Below, piece by piece: positions 18,378 through 28,650 of a stretch of 64,000 nucleotides of DNA. Below the pieces are notes generated by a model. The model had not been told where the DNA came from, did no database searches, and was given only the letters and a program-made list of their open reading frames with translations. Source of the stretch: Acidobacteriota bacterium (GTDB lineage Bacteria > Acidobacteriota > UBA6911 > RPQK01 > JAJDTT01); contig OZ253580.1 in NCBI GenBank assembly GCA_965263035.1, positions 2,304,001 to 2,368,000 of the forward strand, written 5' to 3'. Position 1 is the stretch's first letter. Each line of letters opens with the position of its first letter. The translations under genes were made by a program, and so were the position numbers.

Positions 18378-19109
18378 ATGGCTTCCATGTCCGCGCTGGC
18401 TTGCGTCAATGCGATCTGGCGGGTCCCACTCATTCTGTCTCTCACCGCCATCATGGCGTCGCTGAGCCTGATTCTGTCAGTGGCCGACGAGGGGGGGGAA
18501 CGGCAGAGTTGGTGTGCGCGATCATGGAGCCGGATGATCCTTCGGATCTCCCGGGTCCAGGTCCAGGTTCGAGGACTGGAGAAGCTGGACCCGGGGGGCG
18601 CGTACGTCTTCGCCGCCAACCACCTGAGCATGTTCGACATCTTTGCCTTCCTGGGCTGCCTCCCCTTCGACTTCCGGTTCGTAGCCAAGTCCTCCCTGTT
18701 CCATTGGCCGTTTCTGGGATGGCATCTGAAACGAGCCGGATACATCCGCGTGGATCGCCTGCACCCTCGGCAGACGCTGCGGGCCTTCCGGACCGCGGGC
18801 AGCCAGATCCGTTCCGGCGTCTCCATGGTCATCTTTCCCGAGGGGATGCGGACCTGGGGCAAAGGGGTCGCTCCCTTCAAGCGGGGAAGCTTCCTGTTGG
18901 CCCGCCAGACGGGCGCGTCCATCGTCCCCGTGACCATCGTGGGATCTCATCGCCGTCTGCCCCGGGGATCGGTGTTGATCCAGCCGGGGAAGATGGAGAT
19001 GATCATCCACGAGTCCATCCCAAGGGGCCGCTACCGCAACCTGAAGCTCGACGCCCTGGCCCGGCAGGTCCGGCGGACCATCGTCGAGAGCTACCAGCAG
19101 GTCGGGTGA
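18378..19109 (+). CDS. plsC: 1-acyl-sn-glycerol-3-phosphate acyltransferase
   Basis: NHLSMFD (NHxxxxD), FPEGMR and FKRG motifs. Confidence 0.88.
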   Translation: MASMSALACVNAIWRVPLILSLTAIMASLSLILSVADEGGERQSWCARSWSRMILRISRVQVQVRGLEKLDPGGAYVFAANHLSMFDIFAFLGCLPFDFRFVAKSSLFHWPFLGWHLKRAGYIRVDRLHPRQTLRAFRTAGSQIRSGVSMVIFPEGMRTWGKGVAPFKRGSFLLARQTGASIVPVTIVGSHRRLPRGSVLIQPGKMEMIIHESIPRGRYRNLKLDALARQVRRTIVESYQQVG

Positions 19110-20305
19110 GAAAAGTGACGAACGATCCTCTGATCCGGCGAATCCAGGATTCTCTCAACCACCTCCGAGTCCCGGCTTGGCTCTTCTACGACTTCCGCTT
19201 CACCGACCCGCTCGCCAACCGGATCCTGGGGATCCCGGAGTCCCAACATTCCACCAGGCGCTGGTTCTACCTGGTCCCCGCCCAAGGGACCCCCACCAAG
19301 CTGGTGCACCGGATCGAGTCCTCCATGTTGGATCACCTTCCCGGCGAGAAGCTCGTCTATCTGCGGTGGCAGGATTTGAGGTCGGGACTCGAGGAGATGC
19401 TGAACGGCTTCTCCAGCCTGGCCATGCAATATTCTCCCGAAGGGGCCATACCCTATGTCTCCAAGGTGGACGCCGGTACCGTCGAACTGGTCCGCAGCCT
19501 GGGCAAGGCGGTGACCTCGTCGGCCGACCTGGTCCAATCCTTCGAGGCCGTCCTGACCCCGGAGCAACTTCGGGAACACCACCGGGCATCCCGGGCCATC
19601 TCCGCCATCGTCCTGGATGCCTTCCGCTTCGCCTCGTCCGCGATCCGGCGGCGCGGAACCTCCAGCGAAGCGGAGGTCCGCGACTACATCCTGGGACGAT
19701 TCCAAGACCGGAATCTGGTGACCGATTCGGCCCCCATCGTGGCGGTCAACCAACACAGCGGCGACCCCCACTACGAGACCGCTTCCGGAAAGGTCACACG
19801 GATCGGACGAGGCGACCTGCTTCTCATCGATCTCTGGGCCAAGACGAACCAACCCCGGTCCGTCTTCGCCGACATCACCTGGACCGCCTTCTTCGGAGAG
19901 ACGCCGGACGAACGGATGAGGCAGGTGTTCGAGGTGGTCCGCCGGGGACGGGACGCGGGAGTCGAGTTCCTGCAGCGGCGCCGGGGCGAAGGCGATCTGC
20001 CGGAAGGCTGGGAGGTCGACGACGTGGTGAGAGGGACCATCGTCGATCTGGGGTTCGGAGAGGCCTTCGTCCACCGCACCGGTCACAGTCTGGGAGAGGA
20101 GATCCACGGCAACGGAGTCAACTTCGACAACCTGGAGACCCACGACACACGGCGTCTGATTCCGGGGGTCCTCTGCACCATCGAGCCGGGAGTCTACCTG
20201 GACGACTTCGGGATCCGGAGTGAGATCAACGTCTACATGGGGGAAGAAGGACCCGAGGTCACCACGCCGTTGCAGGACGGGATCGTCTGTCCGGACGAAG
20301 AATGA
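19106..20305 (+). CDS. M24 family (Xaa-Pro) metallopeptidase
   Basis: HRTGHSLG, TIEPGVY, GIRSE; GTG start overlapping the plsC stop. Confidence 0.9.
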   Translation: MRKVTNDPLIRRIQDSLNHLRVPAWLFYDFRFTDPLANRILGIPESQHSTRRWFYLVPAQGTPTKLVHRIESSMLDHLPGEKLVYLRWQDLRSGLEEMLNGFSSLAMQYSPEGAIPYVSKVDAGTVELVRSLGKAVTSSADLVQSFEAVLTPEQLREHHRASRAISAIVLDAFRFASSAIRRRGTSSEAEVRDYILGRFQDRNLVTDSAPIVAVNQHSGDPHYETASGKVTRIGRGDLLLIDLWAKTNQPRSVFADITWTAFFGETPDERMRQVFEVVRRGRDAGVEFLQRRRGEGDLPEGWEVDDVVRGTIVDLGFGEAFVHRTGHSLGEEIHGNGVNFDNLETHDTRRLIPGVLCTIEPGVYLDDFGIRSEINVYMGEEGPEVTTPLQDGIVCPDEE

Positions 20306-20319
20306 GGAGCTGTCCCATC

Positions 20320-20507
20320 GGGCGGGCGGCGACTTTCTTGTCGCAGAGGGGCGGCGACTTTCTTGTCGCAGAGGAGCGGCGGCATCCTTGCCGCCGACAG
20401 GGGGGGTCTTGGGGGGACGGAATCCCCACTCTACACATTGCGGCAAGACGAGCAGGCGGCAAGAAAGCCGCCTGTCCCAGTGGGCGACAAGAAAGTCGCC
20501 CCTCCTA
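20320..20507. repeat. REPIN-like composite repeat, copy 2
   Basis: Tandem GGCGGCGACTTTCTTGTCGCAGA units, GGAGCGGCGGCATCCTTGCCGCC, shortened spacer, inverted units; lies between convergent genes. Confidence 0.85.
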
Positions 20508-20516
20508 ACCGCTCTG

Positions 20517-21569
20517 TCAGACCACCTTGGCGCCGACGGGGATGTCGAAGAATTTGGCGCGGGGGCTGGACTTGAGGCTGTCGTGGATGAAGCAGACATG
20601 GGTGCACCAGCAGGCGTCCTTGACGATCTGGTCCGTCTCTTCCCGCACCGCCCGTGAAGAGTACGCCCTGCGGAAATCGAAATTCACGTCCCTGAGATTC
20701 AGGATCTTCTCCCGCAGCTCGCAGGCGCGGAGGTCGCCGTTGTAGTCCACCACCAGGATGGTCCTGCCCGCCGTGCAGGGCATGGGCCAGGAGTCGGAAG
20801 CCTCGAAGTTCCGCTCCTGGAGCGTGTAATGGAAGTAGATGGTCTGGGTGTAGTAGAGCTTCTTGAGCCAACCCCGGAGGCTTCCCCCCTTGCGGCGGGC
20901 CAGCTTGCGGCCGTAGTGCTCGTGGATCGGCTTGACACTCCGGTAGAAATCGCCCAGGCCCCGGCGCGTGATCCGCTTCAGACCCGGGTCCTTGGCCTCG
21001 CCCCGGATCACCTGGAAGTAGTGTCCGTTCAGATCCAGGTTCCGGGCCAGCCACCACCCCAGGTCCTCCAGCTCGTCGATGTTGTCGGCGGTGACGACCG
21101 AGTTCACGTGGACTCTCACCCCGGAGAGGGGAGACTCCCGGTCCGTGACCAGCCGGATGGTCTCCAACGCTTGCTCGAAGTTGCCGGGAACGCCCCGGAT
21201 CCGATCATGAGTCGAGGCGAACCCGTCCAGCGCCAAATTCAGATTCACCTCCATCCCGGGTAGTTCCCGAGAGGTGTACTCCATCAGCTCCAAGGTCCTC
21301 TCGGCGAAGAGTCCGTTGGTGGGAAGGTTCAGGGTGCGCACCCCGTTGCGGTGATAGAACATCCCCAGGATTTCCGCCAGGCGGGGACGCATCATCGGCT
21401 CGCCGCCCGAGAGCCAGAGCTCGTGGAAACGGGGCATGCCGGCCGACAGAGCTTCGATCTCTTGGAAGGTCAGGTCCCCGGGACGATTGAGGTCCTCCCA
21501 GTAGAAGCAGGTCTCGCAGCGAGAGTTGCAACGGCTGGTGACGAACAGGATCAGGGTGTTCAGATCCAC
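20517..21569 (-). CDS. Radical SAM protein with a C-terminal Cys-rich (SPASM/twitch-like) region
   Basis: CNSRCETC, SGGEP, C..G...ACE...CWCTHVC. Confidence 0.88.
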   Translation of the reverse strand: MDLNTLILFVTSRCNSRCETCFYWEDLNRPGDLTFQEIEALSAGMPRFHELWLSGGEPMMRPRLAEILGMFYHRNGVRTLNLPTNGLFAERTLELMEYTSRELPGMEVNLNLALDGFASTHDRIRGVPGNFEQALETIRLVTDRESPLSGVRVHVNSVVTADNIDELEDLGWWLARNLDLNGHYFQVIRGEAKDPGLKRITRRGLGDFYRSVKPIHEHYGRKLARRKGGSLRGWLKKLYYTQTIYFHYTLQERNFEASDSWPMPCTAGRTILVVDYNGDLRACELREKILNLRDVNFDFRRAYSSRAVREETDQIVKDACWCTHVCFIHDSLKSSPRAKFFDIPVGAKVV

Positions 21570-21603
21570 GGTACTTCCGTTGTACAGGAAGCCGGGGACC
21601 CGA

Positions 21604-22812
21604 TCAATCCAACACCCGCGTCTCGGTGGGAGAGACCATGCGATAGGTGATTCCCCGCCAGCGCAGGTTGCGGGTCGAGAGCGATCCCACCATTCCCGCC
21701 ACCGTGACCAGATTGGCCAACGGTCCCCAGCAGGTGTAGGGGATGAGCAGCCAGCCTTTCGGGAGCGCTGCCTCGGGAAAAAGAACCGACACGGCCCGAA
21801 TCCGGAGCCAGGCCTTGACGGCGCCCGCTATCAGAATTGCGGCGACCAGGACCGCCAGCGCCACCGACCGGGGGTCCGGACCGTAGAGGTGGAGGCTGGT
21901 CCGGGCCCAGGCGCCTCCTCCCCACACGACCACCAGATACACCAGTTGGGTGGCGAATGCGGCCCGCCAGAGATTCGGATGGTAGACCCGGGTGATGGCC
22001 AACTGACGGCGGCTCCAACCCAGGAGTTCCAGGAGGCTCGCGTCCTCGTGGGAAAAGCTCAGGCACCGGGGTTGGAAACGGATGGTTCGGCCGCTGGCTT
22101 TCACCGCGCGGCTCAACGAGAGATCGTCGCTCAGGGTATGCTGCCAGTGGTCCGCGACGGAGCAGGAGTCGAAGACCTCCCGGCGGATCGCCATGGCCCC
22201 TCCCCACGCAAAGTAGCAGTTCCCCTCACCCATCAGGGAGGCGATGCCTGCGTTCCAGACCGATCGCAGGACCGATCCGAATCCCCCCTTCTGGGGGAGG
22301 TACCAGCGATATCCGGTGCTGGCTCCCACCTCCGGATCCTCCAGGGGCGCCACCAGATGGCGGAGCCACAGGGAGCCGGGCCGGATGTCCGAGTCGCCGA
22401 AGACCAGGACCCGGTCCCGGCGCCGGAGGTGGTCCAGCGCATGGAGCAGGTTGTGGACCTTCTGGCTTCTGCCCCGGGCTTTCCCCGAGAACAGAAGCCG
22501 AACATCGGGGCGGGAGCGGCGGTCCAGCAGGGACCGGATCACCGGCACGGATGGGTCGGCTTCGTCATCGGTGACCAGGAGCAGTTGCCAATCGGGATAC
22601 TCCAGATCCAGGAAGGCGGCCAGATTCCGGTCCAGACCCGGGTCCAGACCCCGGCAGGGAACGATCAGGGTCAACGGGGGCGCATAGGATCCCGGAACCG
22701 CCTCCGAGGCCTTTCGGAACAGCCGCAGAAACCGGAAGCCTCCCCGTAGCGAGTGGAGCCCCTCGAGCAGGGAGAGGAGAGCCAGGAAGATGAGCCAGTC
22801 CGGCGGTTGCAC
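21604..22812 (-). CDS. Glycosyltransferase family 2/21 (ceramide glucosyltransferase/HpnI-like)
   Basis: KVHNL, FGDSD, LSDD and W..RQ motifs; N- and C-terminal TM helices. Confidence 0.82.
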   Translation of the reverse strand: MQPPDWLIFLALLSLLEGLHSLRGGFRFLRLFRKASEAVPGSYAPPLTLIVPCRGLDPGLDRNLAAFLDLEYPDWQLLLVTDDEADPSVPVIRSLLDRRSRPDVRLLFSGKARGRSQKVHNLLHALDHLRRRDRVLVFGDSDIRPGSLWLRHLVAPLEDPEVGASTGYRWYLPQKGGFGSVLRSVWNAGIASLMGEGNCYFAWGGAMAIRREVFDSCSVADHWQHTLSDDLSLSRAVKASGRTIRFQPRCLSFSHEDASLLELLGWSRRQLAITRVYHPNLWRAAFATQLVYLVVVWGGGAWARTSLHLYGPDPRSVALAVLVAAILIAGAVKAWLRIRAVSVLFPEAALPKGWLLIPYTCWGPLANLVTVAGMVGSLSTRNLRWRGITYRMVSPTETRVLD

Positions 22813-22843
22813 GTCGAGATGTCCGGTACGGAGTAAAGCGGGT

Positions 22844-23254
22844 TTACGACCCGGACATCTCCAGCAACTGCTGCCACTGGGTATCGGACACGGGCATGAC
22901 CGAGAGCCGGGGAAGCCGGACCAGGATGAAACCGGAGAAACGAGGGTCCGCCTTGACCTCTTTCAGAGTGACCGGCCGGTCCAGCCGCTTCCGTGCTTCC
23001 ACGTCCACCACCGTCAGCTTGGGATCGTCCTTCTCAGGGTCGGGATAGGGGGACGAGACTACATCGGCGATGCCGATGATGGCCCGGACCCGGCCCGTGT
23101 GGTAGATGAAGACCTGATCCCCGAAATCCATCTGGTTCAGATGCTTCAATGCCAGACGGTTGGACACGCCGTCCCAAATCGTGCACCGGTCCCTTTCCAG
23201 ATTCTCGTAGGAATAGTCCTTGGGCTCGGTCTTGAGCAACCAGTTCTGAGCCAT
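22844..23254 (-). CDS. EVE domain protein
   Basis: WLLKTEP...WDGVSN...FIYHTG...RLSVMPV. Confidence 0.92.
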   Translation of the reverse strand: MAQNWLLKTEPKDYSYENLERDRCTIWDGVSNRLALKHLNQMDFGDQVFIYHTGRVRAIIGIADVVSSPYPDPEKDDPKLTVVDVEARKRLDRPVTLKEVKADPRFSGFILVRLPRLSVMPVSDTQWQQLLEMSGS

Positions 23255-23296
23255 GCTTCTCCTCTCGAAACCGCGAATTCCGTTCCCTGCCGGGAT

Positions 23297-23755
23297 TCAT
23301 TTTATGGGTGGACCGGCAACCCAGTCGTAGCCGATCTCGGGGTCGTCGTGCGGGATCCGCCCCTCGTCGCCGGGGTCGTAGACGCGGGACGTCACATACA
23401 GCAGGTGGGCCGGGCCGGCCAGACACTTGCAGCCGTGCGCCACGCCGGGCGGAATCCCCAGGAGGACCGGAGGATATCCGTCGCCCATGAACAACTCCAG
23501 GGTCTCCCCCCGGGTGGGAGAATCGCTCCGCCGGTCGTGCAGAGCCACCTTGAGGACGCCGCCCGCCAGGTACCACCAATCGGTCTGTTTGTTGTGGACG
23601 TGCCAAGCCTTGGCCACTCCGGTGTACATGAGGCTGTGGCTCCACTGTCCGAACCCCTCCCGGAAGTGATCGTCCGTTACCCGGAGGATCTCCCGAAAGA
23701 AGCCCCGGCTGTCGGTGTGAGTCACCAGCTCCGTGACTGAAACGCCTGCGATCAA
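23297..23755 (-). CDS. dTDP-4-dehydrorhamnose 3,5-epimerase family cupin
   Basis: DSRGFFRE, KAWHVH, IPPGVAHG. Confidence 0.85.
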   Translation of the reverse strand: MIAGVSVTELVTHTDSRGFFREILRVTDDHFREGFGQWSHSLMYTGVAKAWHVHNKQTDWWYLAGGVLKVALHDRRSDSPTRGETLELFMGDGYPPVLLGIPPGVAHGCKCLAGPAHLLYVTSRVYDPGDEGRIPHDDPEIGYDWVAGPPIK

Positions 23756-23789
23756 AGGACGCGCATCCTTTCTCCGGCGAACCGGATGT

Positions 23790-24518
23790 CTACCGCGTAC
23801 CCAGCACCCTCAGGGTGCCGCCCCGGCTGAGGGTGTATCCCGGAGGGAGGGACTCCTCCACCTTGGCTCGAAATCCCGTCACCTTCCAGCCCTGCTCCGC
23901 CAGACGCCCCAGGATCTGGGCGCGGACCCGGGGACGATCCTCCGCATTCAGGTAACACGTCAACACCGAATCGCGGCCCTCCTCCTGAGGACGCCCGAAG
24001 AGGTAGTCCGCTGCCGCCAGACAGACGTCATCGTCCTCGTCCTCCAGAAACAGCCGCACCGTCTCCAGCAATTCGGGCGAATGAATCTGTTCCAGCGATC
24101 GGATCAGCTGGGTCTTGGGCTCGGAGCTGGCCGGAGGGTATTCCCAATGGTAGCGGAGGATCTCGTCGATACGAGCCGCCAATTCCTCGCTGGGGAGGAT
24201 CTCCTGAAGCGCCCGCAGGGGCCAGTAGACCTGCCGCTCCCGCTTCAAGAAGGTGAGCAGTGGGGGGAGGGCCCTCCGGTCCAATCGGATGATCCAGGAG
24301 AGCAACTCCTCCTTTTCATCCTGGTCCCGGATCAAGGGGGACGTACTGATGGCAAACCGGTCCATGAGCGCCAGCAAGGCTTCGGGTGTGCCCATCTCGT
24401 ACAGGCGCCGGGCGGCATTGACCCGGACGGCAGGATCCCCGTGAGGCTCCTTCACCTTCTTGCGCGCCCTTCTGATCTGTCTCTCCGGCGATCCGCGGAG
24501 AAAGGAAAGCAAATCCAC
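23790..24518 (-). CDS. HEAT-repeat hypothetical protein
   Basis: Helical repeats such as DPAVRVNAARRL and DEDDDVCLAAADYL. Confidence 0.65.
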   Translation of the reverse strand: MDLLSFLRGSPERQIRRARKKVKEPHGDPAVRVNAARRLYEMGTPEALLALMDRFAISTSPLIRDQDEKEELLSWIIRLDRRALPPLLTFLKRERQVYWPLRALQEILPSEELAARIDEILRYHWEYPPASSEPKTQLIRSLEQIHSPELLETVRLFLEDEDDDVCLAAADYLFGRPQEEGRDSVLTCYLNAEDRPRVRAQILGRLAEQGWKVTGFRAKVEESLPPGYTLSRGGTLRVLGTR

Positions 24519-24692
24519 GTTGCTAGTCTACCAGTTGACCCGACGTCCGGTCCCAAGAATTGGCGGGGCCGGCGCAACTTGAAAGATTTCGAATTCAAGA
24601 CCTAACATAGCTCTCTGGTTACGTTCAACCGGAGCCATTCCGCACGGTCGCGGGAACGGGGATGCGCCGGATCCGGCCATTCCGGGAGAGGC

Positions 24693-25673
24693 ATGAGAGC
24701 GGTCCTGATCCAGAAACCCGGAGGTCCGGAGGTGCTTCGCCTGGGTGAGGTCCCCAACCCGGCGCCGGCTCCCGGGGAAATCCTGGTCCGGATCCGCGCC
24801 ACCGCCCTGAACCGGGCCGACCTGCTCCAACGGCAGGGCCTCTATCCGCCCCCTCCCGGCATCCCTCCCCAGATCCCCGGTCTCGAATTCGCGGGGTCCG
24901 TGGAAACGGTCGGCCCAGGGGTCGCCGAATTCCAGCCGGGACAGCGAGTCATGGGCCTGTTGCCGGGTGCGGGCTATGCGGAGAAGGTGGTCACTCCAGA
25001 GCGCTTGGCGCTGCCCATACCGGACCATCTGAGCTTTCAGGAGGCGGCGGCCATACCCGAGGTCTTCCTGACTGCCTTCGACGCCCTCCAGCTGCAGGGC
25101 GGCCTGGGACCGGGACAGACCCTGCTGCTGCATGGGGCCGGAAGCGGCGTCGGAACCGCGGCTCTTCAGCTGTGCCGCCTGACCGGAGCCTCGAGCATCG
25201 GCACGTCCCGATCCCGGGCGAAACTGGACCGCTGCCTGAAGTTGGGGCTGGATCACGCCGTTCTCACGGAACGCGGGGACTTCCGGGAAGCGGTGCTCGA
25301 GTTGACCGGAGGGAAAGGGGTCGACTTGATCCTGGACATGGTCGGCGCGGCCTATCTGGAGCAGAATCTCTCCTGTCTGGTTCCCCGGGGGCTGTTGATC
25401 CTGATCGGGTTGCTGGGTGGACCTTCGGCCCCCATCGACCTCTCCCGGATCCTCAAGCAAAGCCTGCGGATTCGAGGCACGGTCCTGCGTCCCCGTCCGG
25501 TGGAGGAGAAGATTCGGCTCAACCGGAAATTCCGGCGCCGGATCCTGCCCTGCTTCGACAGCGGAGTTCTCACGCCGATCATCGACCGGGTGTTTCCCCT
25601 GGAACAGGCAGCCGAAGCGCACGCCTATATGGAGTGCAACCGGAACTTCGGGAAGATCGTGCTTTCCGTCTGA
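24693..25673 (+). CDS. NAD(P)H:quinone oxidoreductase, PIG3 family (MDR)
   Basis: LNRADLLQRQGLYPPPPG, GLEFAG, HGAGSGVG, GKIVL. Confidence 0.92.
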   Translation: MRAVLIQKPGGPEVLRLGEVPNPAPAPGEILVRIRATALNRADLLQRQGLYPPPPGIPPQIPGLEFAGSVETVGPGVAEFQPGQRVMGLLPGAGYAEKVVTPERLALPIPDHLSFQEAAAIPEVFLTAFDALQLQGGLGPGQTLLLHGAGSGVGTAALQLCRLTGASSIGTSRSRAKLDRCLKLGLDHAVLTERGDFREAVLELTGGKGVDLILDMVGAAYLEQNLSCLVPRGLLILIGLLGGPSAPIDLSRILKQSLRIRGTVLRPRPVEEKIRLNRKFRRRILPCFDSGVLTPIIDRVFPLEQAAEAHAYMECNRNFGKIVLSV

Positions 25674-25705
25674 GGAAAGAGAAAAGACAAGATCGGCGGC
25701 CGGTC

Positions 25706-27106
25706 TCAGGTGCGCACCAGGGAGACCACGTTTTCGATGTGGTACGTCTGGGGGAACATGTCCACCGGGCGCACGCTCACCACTCGGTACCGCTGGGCCA
25801 GGATCTTCAGGTCGCGGGCCTGGGTGGCAGGATTGCAGCTGACGTAGACGATCCGCTCCGGCGCCAAGTCCAGAATGGACCGGCAGGTGTTCTTGTGCAT
25901 GCCGGCGCGGGGCGGGTCCACTACCAGGACCTCGGGTCTTCCCTGGCGGAGAATCAGGTTCCGGTTCAGCGCCTTGGCCGCATCCATGAGTACGAAGGTG
26001 CAGTTCCGGATCCCGTTGGAGACGGCATTGGCTCGGGCGGCGGCGATGGCCGTCCCGTGATTGTCGATGCCCACCACCTTCTGGCAATCCCGGGCCAGGA
26101 ACAGCGCGATGGTCCCGATCCCACAGTACAGGTCGTAGACGATCTCATGGCCGGTGAGACCGGCATACCGCCGCACCACGTCGAACAGGTTCCGGGCCTG
26201 GGAAGTGTTGGGCTGGAAGAAAGTCGTGGGGGCGATCCGGAAATCCAGGTCACCGATGCGCTCCCGGATGACGCCGGCGCCGTGGTAGACCACTTCCTCC
26301 TGGCCCGAGGCCACCGGCGAAAGGGTCTCGTTGATGCTGTTGACGATGGTGGTGATCTGGGGAAACTCACGCAACAGTTCGGCACACACCAGCTTCATGC
26401 GGTCCGGGCGCTGCCGGCGAGTCACCAGATTGACCATGAAGTCGCCCGTGTTGGAGCCGATTCGGATCACCAGGTTCCGAAGATATCCTTCACCCGAATA
26501 ACTGCTGTAGGCTTGCCAGCCCTCCTCCACGGCGAGTCTTCGGACCCGATTGACCACTTGGACGCTGACCGGGCTCTGGAGAAAACAGACCTCCAGATCC
26601 AGGATCTTGTCGTGACGCTTGGGAAGGTGAAGGCCCAGGGCGAATCCCTTCCTGAGCGGCGCTCCGCTCCGGATCTCCTCCGGCATCAACCAGCGGTTGG
26701 GGCCGAAGGTGAACTCCATCTTGTTGCGGTAGTAGAAGACGTTGGGAGAGGGCAACGTGGATTTCACCTCCACGCCGGTGATCCCGCCCAGGTGTTGCAG
26801 CGTCTCCTCCACCTGCGCCCGCTTGAAGGAGAGTTGGCGCCGGTAGTCCACGTTCTGACAGCTGCACCCTCCACAGGTGCCGAAGTAGCGGCAGGCCGGC
26901 GCGACCCGGCAGGGAGACAGCTCCAGCACCTCCTCCACCACGGCTTCCGCGTGCTGGCGTTTCTTCTTGACGACCCGGGCCCGGACCCGGTCTCCGGGGA
27001 CCCCGTTCCGGACCAGGATGACGAACCCGTTCCGGCGCGCCACCGAGACCCCCTTGTAGGCGGCCGACTCGACATCCAGCTCCACAATATCGCCGCGGCT
27101 CAACAT
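25706..27106 (-). CDS. rlmD: 23S rRNA (uracil-C5)-methyltransferase RlmD
   Basis: TRAM domain; C..FGTCGGC; FFQPN, DLYCGIG, DPPRAG, YVSCNP, DMFPQT. Confidence 0.92.
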   Translation of the reverse strand: MLSRGDIVELDVESAAYKGVSVARRNGFVILVRNGVPGDRVRARVVKKKRQHAEAVVEEVLELSPCRVAPACRYFGTCGGCSCQNVDYRRQLSFKRAQVEETLQHLGGITGVEVKSTLPSPNVFYYRNKMEFTFGPNRWLMPEEIRSGAPLRKGFALGLHLPKRHDKILDLEVCFLQSPVSVQVVNRVRRLAVEEGWQAYSSYSGEGYLRNLVIRIGSNTGDFMVNLVTRRQRPDRMKLVCAELLREFPQITTIVNSINETLSPVASGQEEVVYHGAGVIRERIGDLDFRIAPTTFFQPNTSQARNLFDVVRRYAGLTGHEIVYDLYCGIGTIALFLARDCQKVVGIDNHGTAIAAARANAVSNGIRNCTFVLMDAAKALNRNLILRQGRPEVLVVDPPRAGMHKNTCRSILDLAPERIVYVSCNPATQARDLKILAQRYRVVSVRPVDMFPQTYHIENVVSLVRT

Positions 27107-27136
27107 GACGCTTCCCCCGATTCCGGGAGGTGATCA

Positions 27137-27266
27137 TAGCAGATGGGCCCGCCGGACAAGGCGCGGTGAGGGAACATATTCGACCCTATGTGACCGAGCC
27201 GCAACGCAGTCCGCGCACGATGCAGACCCGGTCGAATGCCGCGACGACTTCTGCCACGGGCTGTTA
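27137..27266. mobile_element. MITE family 2, partially deleted copy
   Basis: About 120 nt near-identical (reverse complement) to part of 41685-41852. Confidence 0.8.
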
Positions 27267-27356
27267 ATGTCGTGTGCCACTTCTTCCGGCGTCCTCCATC
27301 CCGCATTGGCCGGCACCCGTGGCGACTTTCAAATCAGAGTGCTAAGGTGTAAAGCT

Positions 27357-28439
27357 ATGATTTCCCATTCCTTCGCGACACGTTACGGCAGACTCTCCAG
27401 GATTCTTTCGGGGCGCTGGGCCACGGGCTTGATGCTGATCTGGCTCCTCCTGCTGCCCAGTCGAACGGCGGCTGCCCGTACCCTGGACATCTACTTCATC
27501 GATGCCGAGGGAGGTGCTGCGACTTTCATCGTCACTCCTCTGAAAGAATCGATCCTCATCGACACGGGATGGAGGAGAGAGGACGGCCGGGACGCCAAGA
27601 GAATCGAGACCGTGGCCCGCGCGGCCGGTCTCGAACGCATCGACTATCTGGTCACGACTCACTTTCACGGGGACCACTACGGAGGAATCGGACGCTTGGC
27701 GCAGTTGATCCCCATCGCCAACTTCCTGGATCACGGGCCCATGGACGAACTCAAAGAGGACTCTCAATTCCCCCTCTTCTACACCGAGTACATCCGGGCC
27801 ACCCGGGGCAACCGGCAGCGGATCCGGCCTGGAGAGACGATCCCCCTCCGGAGCCTTCAGGTGCCTCTCAAACTCCTCTGCGTGTCTGCCGCCGGGGAGA
27901 CACTCAAGGGCGAAGGCCCCTCCAATCCGGCCTGCGGGAAGCTCACCCGGAAGAAGGAAGACACCACTGACAATGCCAGGAGCGTGGGCCTGCTCCTGAG
28001 CTACGGAAAGTTCGAGTTTCTGGATCTGGGCGACCTGACCTGGAACGTGGAATCGCGCCTGGCCTGCCCGTCGAATCTGCTGGGGCAGATCGATCTCTAC
28101 CAGACCACGCACCACGGACTGGCCAACAGCAACAACCCGGTCCTGGTCTCCGCCGTCGCCCCGCAAGTGGCCGTCTTCAACAACGGCTCCCGCAAAGGGG
28201 CCGCTCCGGAGGTCTTCTCGCTACTGAAATCGCTTCCCTCCGTCGAGGGGATCTTCCAGGTTCACAAGAACCTGGATTCCGGCCCGGACGGCAACGCCCC
28301 CGAGGATTACATCGCCAACCTGGGAGGCGACGAGGGCTGCGCCGGGCACCTGCTGAAGGTGTCGGTGAGCGCCGACGGTTCCACCTACACCGTCACCAAC
28401 GGCCGCAACAACGTGAGTCGGACCTTCACGAGCCGTTGA
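27357..28439 (+). CDS. Secreted MBL-fold metallo-hydrolase (ComEC/Rec2-like domain)
   Basis: THFHGDHYGG, LGDL and HHG motifs; start uncertain. Confidence 0.85.
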   Translation: MISHSFATRYGRLSRILSGRWATGLMLIWLLLLPSRTAAARTLDIYFIDAEGGAATFIVTPLKESILIDTGWRREDGRDAKRIETVARAAGLERIDYLVTTHFHGDHYGGIGRLAQLIPIANFLDHGPMDELKEDSQFPLFYTEYIRATRGNRQRIRPGETIPLRSLQVPLKLLCVSAAGETLKGEGPSNPACGKLTRKKEDTTDNARSVGLLLSYGKFEFLDLGDLTWNVESRLACPSNLLGQIDLYQTTHHGLANSNNPVLVSAVAPQVAVFNNGSRKGAAPEVFSLLKSLPSVEGIFQVHKNLDSGPDGNAPEDYIANLGGDEGCAGHLLKVSVSADGSTYTVTNGRNNVSRTFTSR

Positions 28440-28479
28440 GCCGAACGGAACCCACGTTCCCGCCGATTTTCTTCGCCAA

Positions 28480-28626
28480 GATCAGAAACGCCGCCTTGGG
28501 CGTCCGGAAGAACGAAAGCTGGGGGGTAGGGAAGGGCAGTTCTGGATGTCTCCCGACTTCGACCAGGAAGACGAGGAGCTCACGGAGCTGATTGAGAACC
28601 CGAAGATCTTCCCGGATGAAGAGTGA
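28480..28626 (+). pseudogene. C-terminal remnant of a Phd/DUF2281-like antitoxin
   Basis: ERKLGGREGQFWMSPDFDQEDEELTELIENPKIFPDEE*; no in-frame start codon; no toxin follows. Confidence 0.55.
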
Positions 28627-28650
28627 AAATCGGAGCCTTGCGTGAACCGC

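Noticed and set aside
18296-19105. 669-aa version of the M24 peptidase
   Set aside because: The N-terminal extension overlaps plsC in another frame; a GTG at 19106 gives a normal-length protein.
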